IMG/VR virus record: IMGVR_UViG_3300009095_000031
Coordinates: 1 to 40,368 of that record
Source: a virus
Lineage: Duplodnaviria > Caudoviricetes
DNA length: 40,368 nucleotides
Reading direction: 5' to 3' (one strand)
Shown here: positions 18,018 through 27,325 of the stretch, piece after piece
Layout of the letters: every line of letters starts with the position of its first letter
Position numbering within the stretch: the stretch's first letter is position 1
Position numbers and translations under genes: made by a program
Notes under the pieces: generated by a model
Told to the model about the DNA's origin: nothing
The model's database searches: none
Seen by the model: the letters and a program-made list of their open reading frames with translations, nothing else

Positions 18018-18469
18018 CACGCGGCCGCCTGCAGCTGCGCCGTGGCCACGTGCACGGACTTGTGGCACGCCTGGCACAGCCAGGACACCGCCAGAGGCCG
18101 GCTGTAGTCGGCGTGGTGCCCGACTACGCCGCGGGTGCGCCCGCAATACCAGCAGGCCGGCGGCTTCGACAGGCGCCCGTCCCTCACCGCGTTGTGCACG
18201 GCGCTGTTCGCCTTCCTACGCTCCGGGTGGCTGGCGGCGTAGGCTCCCGTCACGCGCTTCATCAGCGCGCGCCGCTCCGGCTTGGCCGCGCGCTCCCGGT
18301 CATATTCCCGGATGCGGTCAAGGTTCGCCGCCCGGTGCTCGCGCGTGTCGGCCTTCGTGCATTCCTTGCACTTTCCCAGGAGGCCGTCGGCCATGGCCTT
18401 GTGGCGGTAGAAATCCGTGCGGGGCTTGGAGGCCCCGCAGCGGAAGCATGTTTTTTTAGCGGTGGTCAT
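18017..18469 (-). CDS. Zn-finger / HNH-like endonuclease
   Basis: KTCFRC...F...CKEC N-terminal finger; CWYC...HHADYSRPLAVSWLCQACH. Confidence 0.75.
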   Translation of the reverse strand: MTTAKKTCFRCGASKPRTDFYRHKAMADGLLGKCKECTKADTREHRAANLDRIREYDRERAAKPERRALMKRVTGAYAASHPERRKANSAVHNAVRDGRLSKPPACWYCGRTRGVVGHHADYSRPLAVSWLCQACHKSVHVATAQLQAAA

Positions 18470-18476
18470 GCTCACC

Positions 18477-18959
18477 TCAATCAAAAGGGATATCGTCGTC
18501 CGAGAAGCCGCCGTCATCGAATTGCGGCGCCTCCCGGCCCGCCGGCTCGCGCGTCGGGGCCTGCCGCTGCGGTGCCCCGCCCTGTCGACCACCGCCACCG
18601 CGGGACTCGCCGCCGCCCTCGCTGCCGCCGCCGAGCATTTGCATTTCATCGGCCACCACGTCGGTGGAATACCGCTCAATGCCATCCTTGCCGGTGTATT
18701 TCTCGGTGCGGATGCGGCCCTCGATATAGACCTGCCGGCCCTTTTTCAGGTATTCGCCGGCAATTTCGCCCAGGCGGCCAAAGAGCTTCACCCGGTGCCA
18801 TTCGGTGCGCTCCTGCGGCTCGCCGGTTTGCTTGTCCTTCCACTGTTCGCTGGTGGCCAGCGACAGGGTGCAGATGGCCGTGCCGGCCTGCGAATACTTC
18901 ACCTCCGGGTCACTGCCCAGGTTGCCGACCAGGATTACCTTATTGACTCCACGTGCCAT
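18477..18959 (-). CDS. ssb: Single-stranded DNA-binding protein
   Basis: [23 protein letters not shown], acidic DDDIPF tail. Confidence 0.97.
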   Translation of the reverse strand: MARGVNKVILVGNLGSDPEVKYSQAGTAICTLSLATSEQWKDKQTGEPQERTEWHRVKLFGRLGEIAGEYLKKGRQVYIEGRIRTEKYTGKDGIERYSTDVVADEMQMLGGGSEGGGESRGGGGRQGGAPQRQAPTREPAGREAPQFDDGGFSDDDIPFD

Positions 18960-19013
18960 TGTTGCGTCCTCGATTGGTGCCGGCCGCGCACCATGCACGG
19001 CCGGCGGGATGGG

Positions 19014-19826
19014 TTAGCGGCGGCGAACCGCCAGCGACTCCTCGGCGTAGAACCGAACGCCCGGCACGCGCGCCTTTGCCTTCAGCGCCTTGGCGACCTG
19101 GCCCAGCGCGCTGGTGTCGGCCTGCAGGTAGCCCAGCAGCGTGTCGTCGCCACGGGCCAGCGCCTCGGCGGCCGACTTCACCAGCTCGGCCAGGTCGACC
19201 ACCTCGGCCTTCCACGTGACGCGACCGGCCACACCGGCGGCCTTCGGCGCGGCCACGGCCGGCACGTGCACCGGCGCGACCTCGGCGAGCTGCTGTGCCT
19301 CCTCGGCCTCCTCGCGCTCGGCCGCGCGCTCATCGGCCAGCTTGGCGGCGAGGGTGAACGCCGCGGTGTCGCCTTTGGCCAGCGCGGCCTGCGCCACCTC
19401 GCGGGCCTTGCGCTCGGCGTCCTCGGCTTCACGGCGCTGGCGCTCAATTTCCGCCAGGCGCGCGCGCTCGACGGCCTCGGCCTCGGCCTGCGCCTTGCGG
19501 GCCTTTTCGTCCTCGGCGCGCTTCCAGTCCAGCGCCGCACCGCGCAGAAGCTGGTCGGCCTCCTCGAGGCGCGCGAGCGGGCCCCGGAACAGGTCCATGA
19601 TGCCGGCCTTCACCGCGTCCAGTGGGCGGGTGAGGGACATGCGCTTTTCGGTGAGCTCGGCCTTGCGCGTGGCGATGGCGCGCAGCTCCTCGGTGGCCAG
19701 CGCATACATTTCCGGGCTGTCGACGGTGTAGGCCAGCGCGAGCTGGTAGGTGTTTTCGGCCAGCTGGGTGGCGGCGGCCGCGGCCTTGTCGGCGTCGGCG
19801 CTGGTCGGGATTACGGCGGAATTCAT
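19014..19826 (-). CDS. Coiled-coil phage recombination-region protein (270 aa)
   Basis: Start re-called at ATG 19826; RMSLTRPLD, long Ala/Glu/Arg coil, VPGVRFY C-terminus. Confidence 0.75.
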   Translation of the reverse strand: MNSAVIPTSADADKAAAAATQLAENTYQLALAYTVDSPEMYALATEELRAIATRKAELTEKRMSLTRPLDAVKAGIMDLFRGPLARLEEADQLLRGAALDWKRAEDEKARKAQAEAEAVERARLAEIERQRREAEDAERKAREVAQAALAKGDTAAFTLAAKLADERAAEREEAEEAQQLAEVAPVHVPAVAAPKAAGVAGRVTWKAEVVDLAELVKSAAEALARGDDTLLGYLQADTSALGQVAKALKAKARVPGVRFYAEESLAVRRR

Positions 19827-19830
19827 CGGG

Positions 19831-20454
19831 TTAATCTCCTCGCATGAAGGTGTGGCAGGTGAGCGCGCCCAGGAACACCCGGGCGTCGGTACGGGACGGG
19901 AACGGCACCAGCTGCCAGGCGGCGGCGGGGCGAAGCTGCAGGGCGAAACGGTCCACCGGGGCGTCGCCCGGCAGCACGTCGGGATTCCACTCGCGCAGGG
20001 CGAGCTCATAGGCGGCCGTCTGTGGGCCGGTCGCACGCATCACGCGCACCACCGACTTCACATCGATCAAGGCGAAGCGACCATTGAGCACGCCGAACAG
20101 GTCGAGCGTGCCGGCGTAGCCATAGCGCCGGCTGGCCACCTTGCCCTCCTGCAGCAGCGACACGAAACCGGATTGCGCCATGAATTGGCGCCACTGGGCC
20201 AGGTAGGGCCGCAGCTCATCGTCCAGGCTGTCCTCATCGAGGATGCCCTGGCCGTCGAGCTCGACCATTCGGTGCACCGCGGTGCCGCGCGCGGCGGCCC
20301 GCGCGAGCACGTCGGGATCCACGCCGGCGTAGTCGGCGCCACTGACCAGCTTCAGCACGGTGGTGACGCCCGGCACCGGCCGGCCGTCGAGGGTGTAGCG
20401 GTGGGCGGCCTCATCGAACAGCAGGCCGCCCGCGGTGGCGATGGCGCTCATCAT
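19831..20454 (-). CDS. PD-(D/E)XK (Cas4/RecB-like) exonuclease
   Basis: FDE..HRY..DG..VPGVTTVL, RGTAVH, YAGTLD, IDVKS, QTAAY. Confidence 0.85.
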   Translation of the reverse strand: MMSAIATAGGLLFDEAAHRYTLDGRPVPGVTTVLKLVSGADYAGVDPDVLARAAARGTAVHRMVELDGQGILDEDSLDDELRPYLAQWRQFMAQSGFVSLLQEGKVASRRYGYAGTLDLFGVLNGRFALIDVKSVVRVMRATGPQTAAYELALREWNPDVLPGDAPVDRFALQLRPAAAWQLVPFPSRTDARVFLGALTCHTFMRGD

Positions 20455-21191
20455 GCGCCGCCGTTGGCCAACTCGGTGAGCTTGGTCATGGTGTCATTGA
20501 GGTTCGCCATCGTGACTTCGCCGAACCGCGCGCGGACCTCCTCGAGCGTGAGCCCGGCGGCCTTGGCCTTCGCCTCGAGCACGCGCTGCGGCCCCGTCGA
20601 CAGCGGCGTGGCAGGGTCCTGCTGGGCGGGCTGCTGCTGGGCCTTCGCCTGCGGCGATGCCGGCGCGGCCTTGGCCTGCGGCTTGCGGCCAGCATTCGCG
20701 CGCTGCGGCTCGGCATCGCCCGCGCCCTCGGCGTCGTCGTCGTCGTCGGCTGCGATGCACAGCAGCGCGGTGACGCCGTAGCGGCGCGCGTAGGTCATGC
20801 CGCTGGCGTAGCCCTGGCTGGCGTTGTCGCCGCCGGCCACGAACAGCGGGGTTTCATTGGCGAGGAATTCGCCCGAGCTGTGCAGCAGCATCGTGCGCAC
20901 CGCTTCGTGGCCCTTGTCATTGACCACCACCACCGACTGGGTGAGCGCCAGTCCATTCTTTGCCAGCGCCGGCCGGACCTTTTCCAGAATGGTGGGCAGC
21001 GGCGCGTAGGTGTAGCTGTAGGGCTGCGGCCAGTATTCGGTGCCGTCCTGCTTGCGCTTCGGCTTGGGCTGGATGGTCACCGTCCGGTCGCGCGGAATGG
21101 TGGGGATTTCGCCCTGCGCGGCGGCGAGCGCGGCCGCTACCTGGGCGATGCTTTCCGAGCGCGCGGCGCGCTCGAGGTTCTGCTGTTCCAT
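20451..21191 (-). CDS. erf: ERF-family single-strand annealing protein
   Basis: ALAAAQGE, YAPL..I, LAKNGL, LLHSSGE, SQGYASGMTYARRY, DDD. Confidence 0.92.
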   Translation of the reverse strand: MEQQNLERAARSESIAQVAAALAAAQGEIPTIPRDRTVTIQPKPKRKQDGTEYWPQPYSYTYAPLPTILEKVRPALAKNGLALTQSVVVVNDKGHEAVRTMLLHSSGEFLANETPLFVAGGDNASQGYASGMTYARRYGVTALLCIAADDDDDAEGAGDAEPQRANAGRKPQAKAAPASPQAKAQQQPAQQDPATPLSTGPQRVLEAKAKAAGLTLEEVRARFGEVTMANLNDTMTKLTELANGGA

Positions 21192-21215
21192 GGTTCCCTC
21201 CTGAAACCGCGCGGG

Positions 21216-21353
21216 CTACGCGGCGTAGGTGCAACACTACCACGGGTAGCGTGGCGGTGCAACAGGAGGTAGCACCGCAGCCCGGCCGGCTTGTGTTTCC
21301 GCATGCCATCCATGGTAGTGGAATTCCGCACGCGGATATACTACCCTCGGTAG
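21216..21353. promoter_or_regulatory. Divergent early control region with operators at 21216-21228, 21237-21249 and 21341-21353
   Basis: Leftward TTGCAC-N17-TAGTGT (21262-21234); rightward -10 TATACT at 21337-21342; CTACS-N3-SGTAG palindromes. Confidence 0.75.
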
Positions 21354-21377
21354 CGAACTCCCAACCCGAGGCCAGTC

Positions 21378-21695
21378 ATGGCACGCAAGAGCAGCACCCC
21401 GAACCCTGAAACCCCGCTCACCGCCGAGCAGCTGGAAAAGCTGCGCGCGGCCGTCTACCTGTCGGGCGGCGCGTCGCAGGTTGCGCAGCGCATGGGCTAC
21501 CGCACCAGCGAGTCTATCCGCCGCTTCACCAAGGGCCTGAAGCTGGTCCCGGCCGAGCGGGTCGACACCTTTCGCGCAGCGGTTCAGAACCGGCTGGCGC
21601 TGGCCGACATTCGCCCGGACCTCTACGGCGGCCTGAAGGCCGACGCGCTGGGCTACGCCCCGAAGGCCCCGAAGGCGGCGGCCGCGCAGTCGTGA
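21378..21695 (+). CDS. Cro/YdaS-like HTH regulator
   Basis: GGASQVAQRMG...SIRRF...VPAER...IRPDLY; first gene of the rightward early operon. Confidence 0.8.
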   Translation: MARKSSTPNPETPLTAEQLEKLRAAVYLSGGASQVAQRMGYRTSESIRRFTKGLKLVPAERVDTFRAAVQNRLALADIRPDLYGGLKADALGYAPKAPKAAAAQS

Positions 21696-22441
21696 GCCGC
21701 TTCGCCATCATGCCGGCATCAGCGGTCACCGACGCCCGGCTGTCGACACGGGACCTGTCGGTGCTGGCCGCCATCGGCGTGCACACCGACCGCAACGGCT
21801 GGTGCTACCCCAGCCTGGGCCGCCTCGGCGAAATGCTCGGCATCAGCCGCCAGGCGGTCCAGAAATCCATGCGCTCGCTCACCGCCGCCGGCTACGTCCA
21901 GACGGTTGCGCGGGCCCGCGACGACGGCGGGCAGGCGTCCAACCGCATGCGCGTGCTGTTCGACACCGAGCACCCCGAGGGCGCGCTGCGGGTTGCCCCC
22001 CCTGCAACTTCTGAGGTTGCACCCCCCGCAACTCCTGGGGTTGCACCCCCTGCAACTCCTGGGGTTGCACATAACGACCCATCTAACGACCCAGTAGAAC
22101 GCCAACAGCCTGCGCGCGTTCGCGCGCCTGTGGTGGGGCCGCCCGAGTGGCTGGATTCGCAGGCGTGGGAGGACTTCGCCGAGCACCGGCGCAAGACCAA
22201 GGCGGCGCTGACCGAAAAGGCCGCCAAGCTGGCGCTGGCCGAGCTGTCCAAGCTGCGCGACCAGGGTCACGACCCGGTGGCCGTCATCAATCAAACCATC
22301 CTCAACGGCTGGCGCGGCCTTTTCGCGCCGAAGGAATCCCATGCAGTCCGTGGCAACAGCCCTCGAGAAAGTGAAGCCCAGCGCGTCGAGCGCATCAACC
22401 GCCAGCACGACGAGCGCGAGCGCGCCGCTGGCATGTTCTGA
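21692..22441 (+). CDS. Replication initiator (lambda O-like, N-terminal HTH)
   Basis: GWCYPSLGRLGEMLGISRQAVQK; internal iteron repeats; W..F..HR...I.Q.I.NGW.GLF C-terminal domain. Confidence 0.85.
   Translation: MSRFAIMPASAVTDARLSTRDLSVLAAIGVHTDRNGWCYPSLGRLGEMLGISRQAVQKSMRSLTAAGYVQTVARARDDGGQASNRMRVLFDTEHPEGALRVAPPATSEVAPPATPGVAPPATPGVAHNDPSNDPVERQQPARVRAPVVGPPEWLDSQAWEDFAEHRRKTKAALTEKAAKLALAELSKLRDQGHDPVAVINQTILNGWRGLFAPKESHAVRGNSPRESEAQRVERINRQHDERERAAGMF
21991..22093 (+). repeat. Iteron-like 24-bp tandem repeats (3.3 copies) plus 2x TAACGACCCA; probable replication origin
   Basis: GGTTGCACCCCCTGCAACTCCTGG-like units at 21991, 22015, 22039, partial at 22063. Confidence 0.8.
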
Positions 22442-23006
22442 GCCGATCCCGGCCGCGTGGCTGCGCCGGGTGTGGGAGCGCCTGGCGGCCGTCTATCCGA
22501 GCAAGTGGCGCGCGGCCATGGGCGAGTCGCCGCAGGCCGATGACGGAAAGCTGACCGTCTACGGCGACACCTGGGCCAAGGGCCTGGCCGGCCTGTCGCC
22601 CGAGCAGCTGGGCCGCGGCCTCGAGGCGTGCATCACCCGCACCGACCCGTGGCCGCCGGTGCTGGCGCAGTTCCGCGCGCTGTGCCTGGGCATCCCCGAG
22701 TTTTCCGAGGTGCGCGCCGATATGGCCCGCGACGGCGCGAAGCGCGCGCCCTTCACGGTGCTGGTGGGGCGCAGCCTCGACGGCTACCGCTTCCGCATGG
22801 CCGACGCCCGCGAGGCTGACCGGCTGCTGCGCGAGGCCTACGAGGCCGCCCGCGAGGCCGTGATGCGCGGCGAGCTGCTGCCCGAGCCGCTGGCCGAGAT
22901 TGCGCAGGACACCGCGAAGCCTGCGCCGGCATCGCCCGAGGTGGCGCGCGCCCACCTGGCCGAAATCCAGCGCGCGCTGTACGGCGACCCCGAGGCCGGC
23001 GCGTGA
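22341..23006 (+). CDS. Replication protein P-like helicase loader
   Basis: W.RLAAVYPSKW, W..GLAGLS.EQL.RG, WPP.L.QFRALC; follows initiator. Confidence 0.7.
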   Translation: MQSVATALEKVKPSASSASTASTTSASAPLACSEPIPAAWLRRVWERLAAVYPSKWRAAMGESPQADDGKLTVYGDTWAKGLAGLSPEQLGRGLEACITRTDPWPPVLAQFRALCLGIPEFSEVRADMARDGAKRAPFTVLVGRSLDGYRFRMADAREADRLLREAYEAAREAVMRGELLPEPLAEIAQDTAKPAPASPEVARAHLAEIQRALYGDPEAGA

Positions 23007-23473
23007 CCCCGGTTCACTTCGTGGTCGACATGGCGCCGGTGGCCAAGGGCCGCGCCCGCTCGCGCGTGGTGAAGGCGAAGGGCCGCACGTTCGTGTCGCA
23101 CTACACGCCGCCGGAAACGCGCGACTGGGAGGCCACGGTGGCCCGCTACGCCCGCGCCGCGATGGCTGGGCGCGAGCCCATCGCCGGGCCCGTGGAGCTG
23201 CTGACCGTGTTCCTGCTGCCGGTGCCGGCCAGCTGGCCCAACTGGAAACGCCGCCTGGCGCTCGAGGGGCTGGTGGTGCCCACCACGAAACCCGACTGGG
23301 ACAACCTGGGCAAGGCCGTGGCCGACGCCATGAACGGCATCGCCTGGGCCGACGACACCCAGGTGGTGGATTGTTTCACCCGAAAACGCTACGCCGCCAT
23401 GCCCTGCGCGGTGGTGTACGCGAAACCGCTCGACCTGCTGCCGGCCCAGGTGTCGCGCCGGCCCACGGCATAG
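23003..23473 (+). CDS. rusA: RusA-family Holliday junction resolvase
   Basis: PVAKGRAR, YTP..T, KPDWDNLGKAVADAMNGIAWADDTQVV. Confidence 0.93.
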   Translation: MTPVHFVVDMAPVAKGRARSRVVKAKGRTFVSHYTPPETRDWEATVARYARAAMAGREPIAGPVELLTVFLLPVPASWPNWKRRLALEGLVVPTTKPDWDNLGKAVADAMNGIAWADDTQVVDCFTRKRYAAMPCAVVYAKPLDLLPAQVSRRPTA

Positions 23474-23486
23474 GAGGGATGCCCGC

Positions 23487-23735
23487 ATGACCGCAATTCT
23501 GCCCACTGGCGACCAGGAAACCCAGGTGCTCGCGCGCCTGCGGCGTGGCCCGCTGACCCCGCTCGAGGCGCTGGCCGAGCTCGGCGTCTACCGCCTTGCC
23601 GCGGTGGTGTACCGCCTGCGCGATGCGGGCTGGCCCATCGACACCGAGGAGCTGAAAACACCGTGCAGGAACGGGCGCACCGCGCGCGTGGCACGCTACC
23701 ACCTGGCCCGGACGCGGAGGAGCCGCAAATGCTGA
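23487..23735 (+). CDS. Small winged-HTH protein
   Basis: LTPLEAL.ELGVYRLAAVVYRLR..GW.I.T...VARY.L. Confidence 0.8.
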   Translation: MTAILPTGDQETQVLARLRRGPLTPLEALAELGVYRLAAVVYRLRDAGWPIDTEELKTPCRNGRTARVARYHLARTRRSRKC

Positions 23736-24094
23736 GCAAAATTCTCGAGGAAATCGTGGAGGTCGCGGGCTACGCCCCGGCGCTCGAGCTGTGCCGCGGA
23801 TTCGGCGGCCGAACCGTGCGGATCCCGTCGCCGATGGTGGAAACACACCCGCTCGCTCTCACCATGGGCTATCACCCCGCCTGCGCGCTGTCGACGCGCT
23901 TCGGCGGCGAGGACCTGCCGGTGCCGGCCGAGCGCACCGCGCTCATGGACCTGCGAAACCAGCGCATCGTCGCGGCCTACGTGGAGCGCGAGGCGTCGGT
24001 GTCGGCGCTGGCGCTGGAATTCGGGCTGACCCGCAAGCGCATCACCGAGGTGCTGGACGAGGCCGGCGTGCAGCGGCGTTCTTTGACCGCTTGA
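23729..24094 (+). CDS. Mor/C-family transcription activator-like protein
   Basis: L...FGGRTVRIP duplicated as FGGEDLPVP; RNQRI...SVSALALEFGLT.KRI..VL C-terminal HTH. Confidence 0.75.
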   Translation: MLSKILEEIVEVAGYAPALELCRGFGGRTVRIPSPMVETHPLALTMGYHPACALSTRFGGEDLPVPAERTALMDLRNQRIVAAYVEREASVSALALEFGLTRKRITEVLDEAGVQRRSLTA

Positions 24095-24120
24095 AATGCT
24101 ACCGGCGGTAGTGCTAGGCT
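24091..24120 (+). promoter_or_regulatory. Sigma70-like promoter TTGAAA-N18-TAGGCT with operator CTACCGGCGGTAG (24099-24111) in the spacer
   Basis: Read directly; upstream of rdgC. Confidence 0.7.
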
Positions 24121-24170
24121 AACCCGCAGTAGCACCCCCGTCCCGGCCCGCGCGAGGAGGCGCAGCCACC

Positions 24171-25112
24171 ATGTATCGCAACTTGACCATTTTCCGCTTC
24201 CCCGAACCCGTGGCCGCGTCCATTCGCGTGGCAGCGCTCGCCTCACCGCCTGGTGGCGAAACAGACCTGCAGCGCGACCTGTCCACGCACGCCATGAAGC
24301 CCGTCGGCCCGCTCGAGCTGTCCAGCCGCGGATGGGTCATGGCCTGGCCGTCTGAGAACGGCCTGTTCCGCAGCATCGGCGACACCGTGCACCTCGCCCT
24401 CGGCGGCGAGGACAAGCTGCTGCCGCCGGCGGTGGTGAACCGCGAGCTGGCCAAGCGACTGGACGAGGCCGAGGAGCGCGAGGGCCGCAGGCCCGGCGGC
24501 CGCGCCCGCAAGCGCATGAAGGACGAGGTGGTGCAGGACCTGCTGCCGCGCGCGCTGGTGAAGCCCTACCGCCTCGACGGCTACCTGGACCTGCAGCGCG
24601 GCCTGCTGGTGGTCGACACCGCAAGCCGCAAGGCGGCCGAGGAATTCGCCAGCATGCTGCGCCTGACGCTGGGCAGCTTCCCGGCCCTGCCGCTGAATGC
24701 CGAGCGGTCGCCGCGCACCATGCTCACCGGCTGGGTGGACGGCCTTCCGCTGCCCGATGGAATGTCCATTGCCGACGAGGCTCGACTGCAGGACGGCGCC
24801 GACGGTGGCGGCGTGGTGACGCTGAAGGGGATTGACCTTCGCAGCGATGAGGTGGCCGAGCACCTGGACGCCGGCAAGCAATGCACGCGGCTGGGCCTGT
24901 ACCTGGGCGACCGGCTGGGCTTCGCCTTCGGCGAGGACCTGGTGGTGCGCAAGCTGCGTTTCCTCGACGGCGCCATGGACCAGCTCGAGCACGCCGACAG
25001 CGACGACCTGCAGGCCGAGCTCGATGCGCGCGCCACGCTGCTGGTGGGCGAGGTTGGCACCTTGTTCGACGTGCTCGAGGGCGAGTTCCGATTCAGCAAG
25101 GTGGAGGGCTGA
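24171..25112 (+). CDS. rdgC: Recombination-associated protein RdgC
   Basis: YRNLTIFRF, GPLELSSRGW, EDKLLP..VV, LLPRA, LGSFPALPL, EHLDAGKQCTRL. Confidence 0.93.
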   Translation: MYRNLTIFRFPEPVAASIRVAALASPPGGETDLQRDLSTHAMKPVGPLELSSRGWVMAWPSENGLFRSIGDTVHLALGGEDKLLPPAVVNRELAKRLDEAEEREGRRPGGRARKRMKDEVVQDLLPRALVKPYRLDGYLDLQRGLLVVDTASRKAAEEFASMLRLTLGSFPALPLNAERSPRTMLTGWVDGLPLPDGMSIADEARLQDGADGGGVVTLKGIDLRSDEVAEHLDAGKQCTRLGLYLGDRLGFAFGEDLVVRKLRFLDGAMDQLEHADSDDLQAELDARATLLVGEVGTLFDVLEGEFRFSKVEG

Positions 25113-25114
25113 CC

Positions 25115-25924
25115 GTGACCATCATCAACCCCGACCATGAAGCCGCCATTGCGGCATTCCACCGCGCCGCTGCGCTCGCCGGCACTGGCGGCGACGGCCG
25201 CTACGCCCGGGCGGTGGTGCACCTCGAGCCCAGCGTGCGCCGCGACCTCGAGGCGCGCGCCGCTGTCGCCCCCCAGCCCCCTGCCGATTTGCCCGACTGG
25301 CCGCCGCAGAATTGGGCAGGCATGGACGGAGCGATTGCGTGGCACTTGATTGACCGGCACGCGGACGGGTGGCAGGCGGTCGGCGAGATGATGGCCGCGT
25401 GGCTGGCGGCCAATGTGCCCCAGCCCCCTGCCGAGGCGCAGGCACAGGGCAGCGGGGAGGTGGTGGCCGAGGTGCTGAAAACACGCTGCGGGTGCCACCC
25501 CGAAACCTGTTGCTGCGGCGACTACACGCTGCGGCTCAACGGCAAGGAGGTTGCAAAGGGTTTCCACGACAAGATGCAGGCTATCGCGGACGCGATCAAC
25601 GCAAAGCCCACACCCCCGAGCGCGCCCGTGGGGGTGGAGGGCATCGACGCGAATGATAACGCTGACTACATTGATCATTGCGCGGACAGGCTCGAACGGC
25701 TAGGGCATCTTGTGGTTGCTGGGGGGCTGCGCGTCATCGCAATCGAACATCGCACCCTCGCCCAGCAGCCCGCAGCCGTGGATCGTGCTGCGGTGGAGCG
25801 GACCAAGTGGGTCTGTGGATTCTGCACGGGCGTCTACTACCTTCCGAGTCCCCATGGTCGGTTCTGCTGTGACGCGCAGGCCGAGTTCCGCGCCGCCCAG
25901 CCCCAAGGGGCCGACCATGGCTGA
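25115..25924 (+). CDS. Hypothetical mosaic protein (269 aa)
   Basis: GTG 25115; modular segments separated by QPPA/QQPAA linkers, Cys clusters. Confidence 0.65.
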   Translation: MTIINPDHEAAIAAFHRAAALAGTGGDGRYARAVVHLEPSVRRDLEARAAVAPQPPADLPDWPPQNWAGMDGAIAWHLIDRHADGWQAVGEMMAAWLAANVPQPPAEAQAQGSGEVVAEVLKTRCGCHPETCCCGDYTLRLNGKEVAKGFHDKMQAIADAINAKPTPPSAPVGVEGIDANDNADYIDHCADRLERLGHLVVAGGLRVIAIEHRTLAQQPAAVDRAAVERTKWVCGFCTGVYYLPSPHGRFCCDAQAEFRAAQPQGADHG

Positions 25925-26063
25925 CCGTCCGCGATTCCTAGCCAGTGGCATGGTGAGCTGCTGCCGCAACTGCGGGCGGCCGCACAGCGTGCACGTGCCG
26001 GCCAAGACCGGCGCGCCCTACTGCCCGAAGGGCAAGCAGGCCCACCCGTGGAAGGGGCGGTAA
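25917..26063 (+). CDS. Small Cys/His-rich protein (48 aa)
   Basis: ATG 25917; CRNC..H..H..C; overlapping junctions. Confidence 0.5.
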   Translation: MADRPRFLASGMVSCCRNCGRPHSVHVPAKTGAPYCPKGKQAHPWKGR

Positions 26064-26350
26064 TGCTGGCCCTGTGCCTGTCCGTGGCCGGCCTGCTGCT
26101 GGGCCTGGTGCTGGCGCGACTGGCCGCGCACGGGCGCCGAATTCGCCTGGCCGACGAGCTGAAACGCGCCGAGTCCGAGGTGGAGCGGCTGGGCTACATC
26201 GAGGCCGCGCTGCGCGCCTACCCGTTCGGCGAGGGCATCCCGCAGGTGTCCACCGCGCTGACCAATGCGCAGATCCTGCGCCAGGCTGCCCGCAACCGGG
26301 TGAAGGCCTGCCAGGACGCGCTGGCCACCGCAGGGAGGGCGCGGGCATGA
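26063..26350 (+). CDS. Membrane-anchored hypothetical protein
   Basis: TAATG overlap; N-terminal TM then coiled coil. Confidence 0.6.
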   Translation: MLALCLSVAGLLLGLVLARLAAHGRRIRLADELKRAESEVERLGYIEAALRAYPFGEGIPQVSTALTNAQILRQAARNRVKACQDALATAGRARA

Positions 26351-26745
26351 CCGGCCGAGTGGAGCGCAAGTGGCAAGAGGAAGGCCGCGAGCCCATGACC
26401 CGGAAGCAGCAAAAGCTGCTGAACGCCGCCTGCGGCGACCTGGCCGAGCAACTGCGCTGGCACGGGATCGTGTTCAGCCGGGACGACTACCGCCATTTCA
26501 TTTCCGCGGTAGTGCTCGGCGAGCGACTGGTGCCGGGCTACGCGGACGGCATGGGTCCGGCGGGCCTGATCCGCATGGCCCGGTCCAGCCTCGAGCTGTC
26601 GAAAACGCAGGCCACCGAGGCTATCCAGATCGCGTTCGACATTGGCGACAACCCCGAGGACCAGGGCATCCCGCACCGCCCGGTGCGGTGGTGCGAGGTC
26701 ATCGTGAAGGCGCGATGGTTCACCGAGGAGGAGCCGCTGGGATGA
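26347..26745 (+). CDS. NinB/YbcN-like protein
   Basis: T..Q.K.L.A.CGDLAEQL.WHG, DYRHFISA, VPG..G, RSS..L.K. Confidence 0.7.
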   Translation: MTGRVERKWQEEGREPMTRKQQKLLNAACGDLAEQLRWHGIVFSRDDYRHFISAVVLGERLVPGYADGMGPAGLIRMARSSLELSKTQATEAIQIAFDIGDNPEDQGIPHRPVRWCEVIVKARWFTEEEPLG

Positions 26746-26993
26746 AACGACTCGCACTAGCATTTGCGGCGCAGGGTGTCGGGTTCTGGCTGGCCATTTC
26801 CGTGGTGCCGCCGCAGTTCGGCACGCTGGCGGTTTTCGCCGGCACGCTGGCGTCGGCCTACCTGCTGGCGTCGGCCCCGGTCCAGCCGTTGCGCGACCGA
26901 ACCGCCAGCATCGTGCTCGAGCGGCTGTTTTGGGTCACGGGGCACGACCGGATCCGCACGCGAGACTCGCGCGTGCTGTGGCTGGACCAATGA
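26742..26993 (+). CDS. Small membrane protein (83 aa)
   Basis: ATGA overlaps; two hydrophobic segments. Confidence 0.55.
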   Translation: MKRLALAFAAQGVGFWLAISVVPPQFGTLAVFAGTLASAYLLASAPVQPLRDRTASIVLERLFWVTGHDRIRTRDSRVLWLDQ

Positions 26994-27325
26994 ACCTCGA
27001 GCGCCGCGACTTCGCCATCCGCGACCTGGGGTGCATCGCCTGCCGCATGTTTGGCTTCGGCTTCGCCCCATGCGAAAAGCACCACCTCAACGGCGGCGAC
27101 CAGCCCGGCAGGAAGCGCCGCGGCGAGCGCCATACCGTCGGCCTGTGCCAGTGGCACCACACGGGGCGGTGCTGGTGCACGGGCTCGCCCATCGAGCGGC
27201 AATGCCCGGCCTGTCTGGTCGCGCGCGGCCCGTCCTGGCGACACCACAAGCGCGCATTCATTGAGCAGTTCGGCGACGGCGACGCCCTCCTGTCCTACCA
27301 GGACCTGCTGCTGGCCGGCTGGTGA
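26990..27325 (+). CDS. Ref/DUF968-like HNH nuclease
   Basis: LGCIAC, EKHH, TVGLCQWHH, GPS..H..F..FG...LL. Confidence 0.8.
   Translation: MNLERRDFAIRDLGCIACRMFGFGFAPCEKHHLNGGDQPGRKRRGERHTVGLCQWHHTGRCWCTGSPIERQCPACLVARGPSWRHHKRAFIEQFGDGDALLSYQDLLLAGW

Noticed and set aside
21991-22070. 24-bp repeats as a mini CRISPR array
   Set aside because: Repeats are contiguous with no unique spacers, lie in frame in the initiator gene, and no cas operon is present; the Cas4-like nuclease sits in a recombination operon
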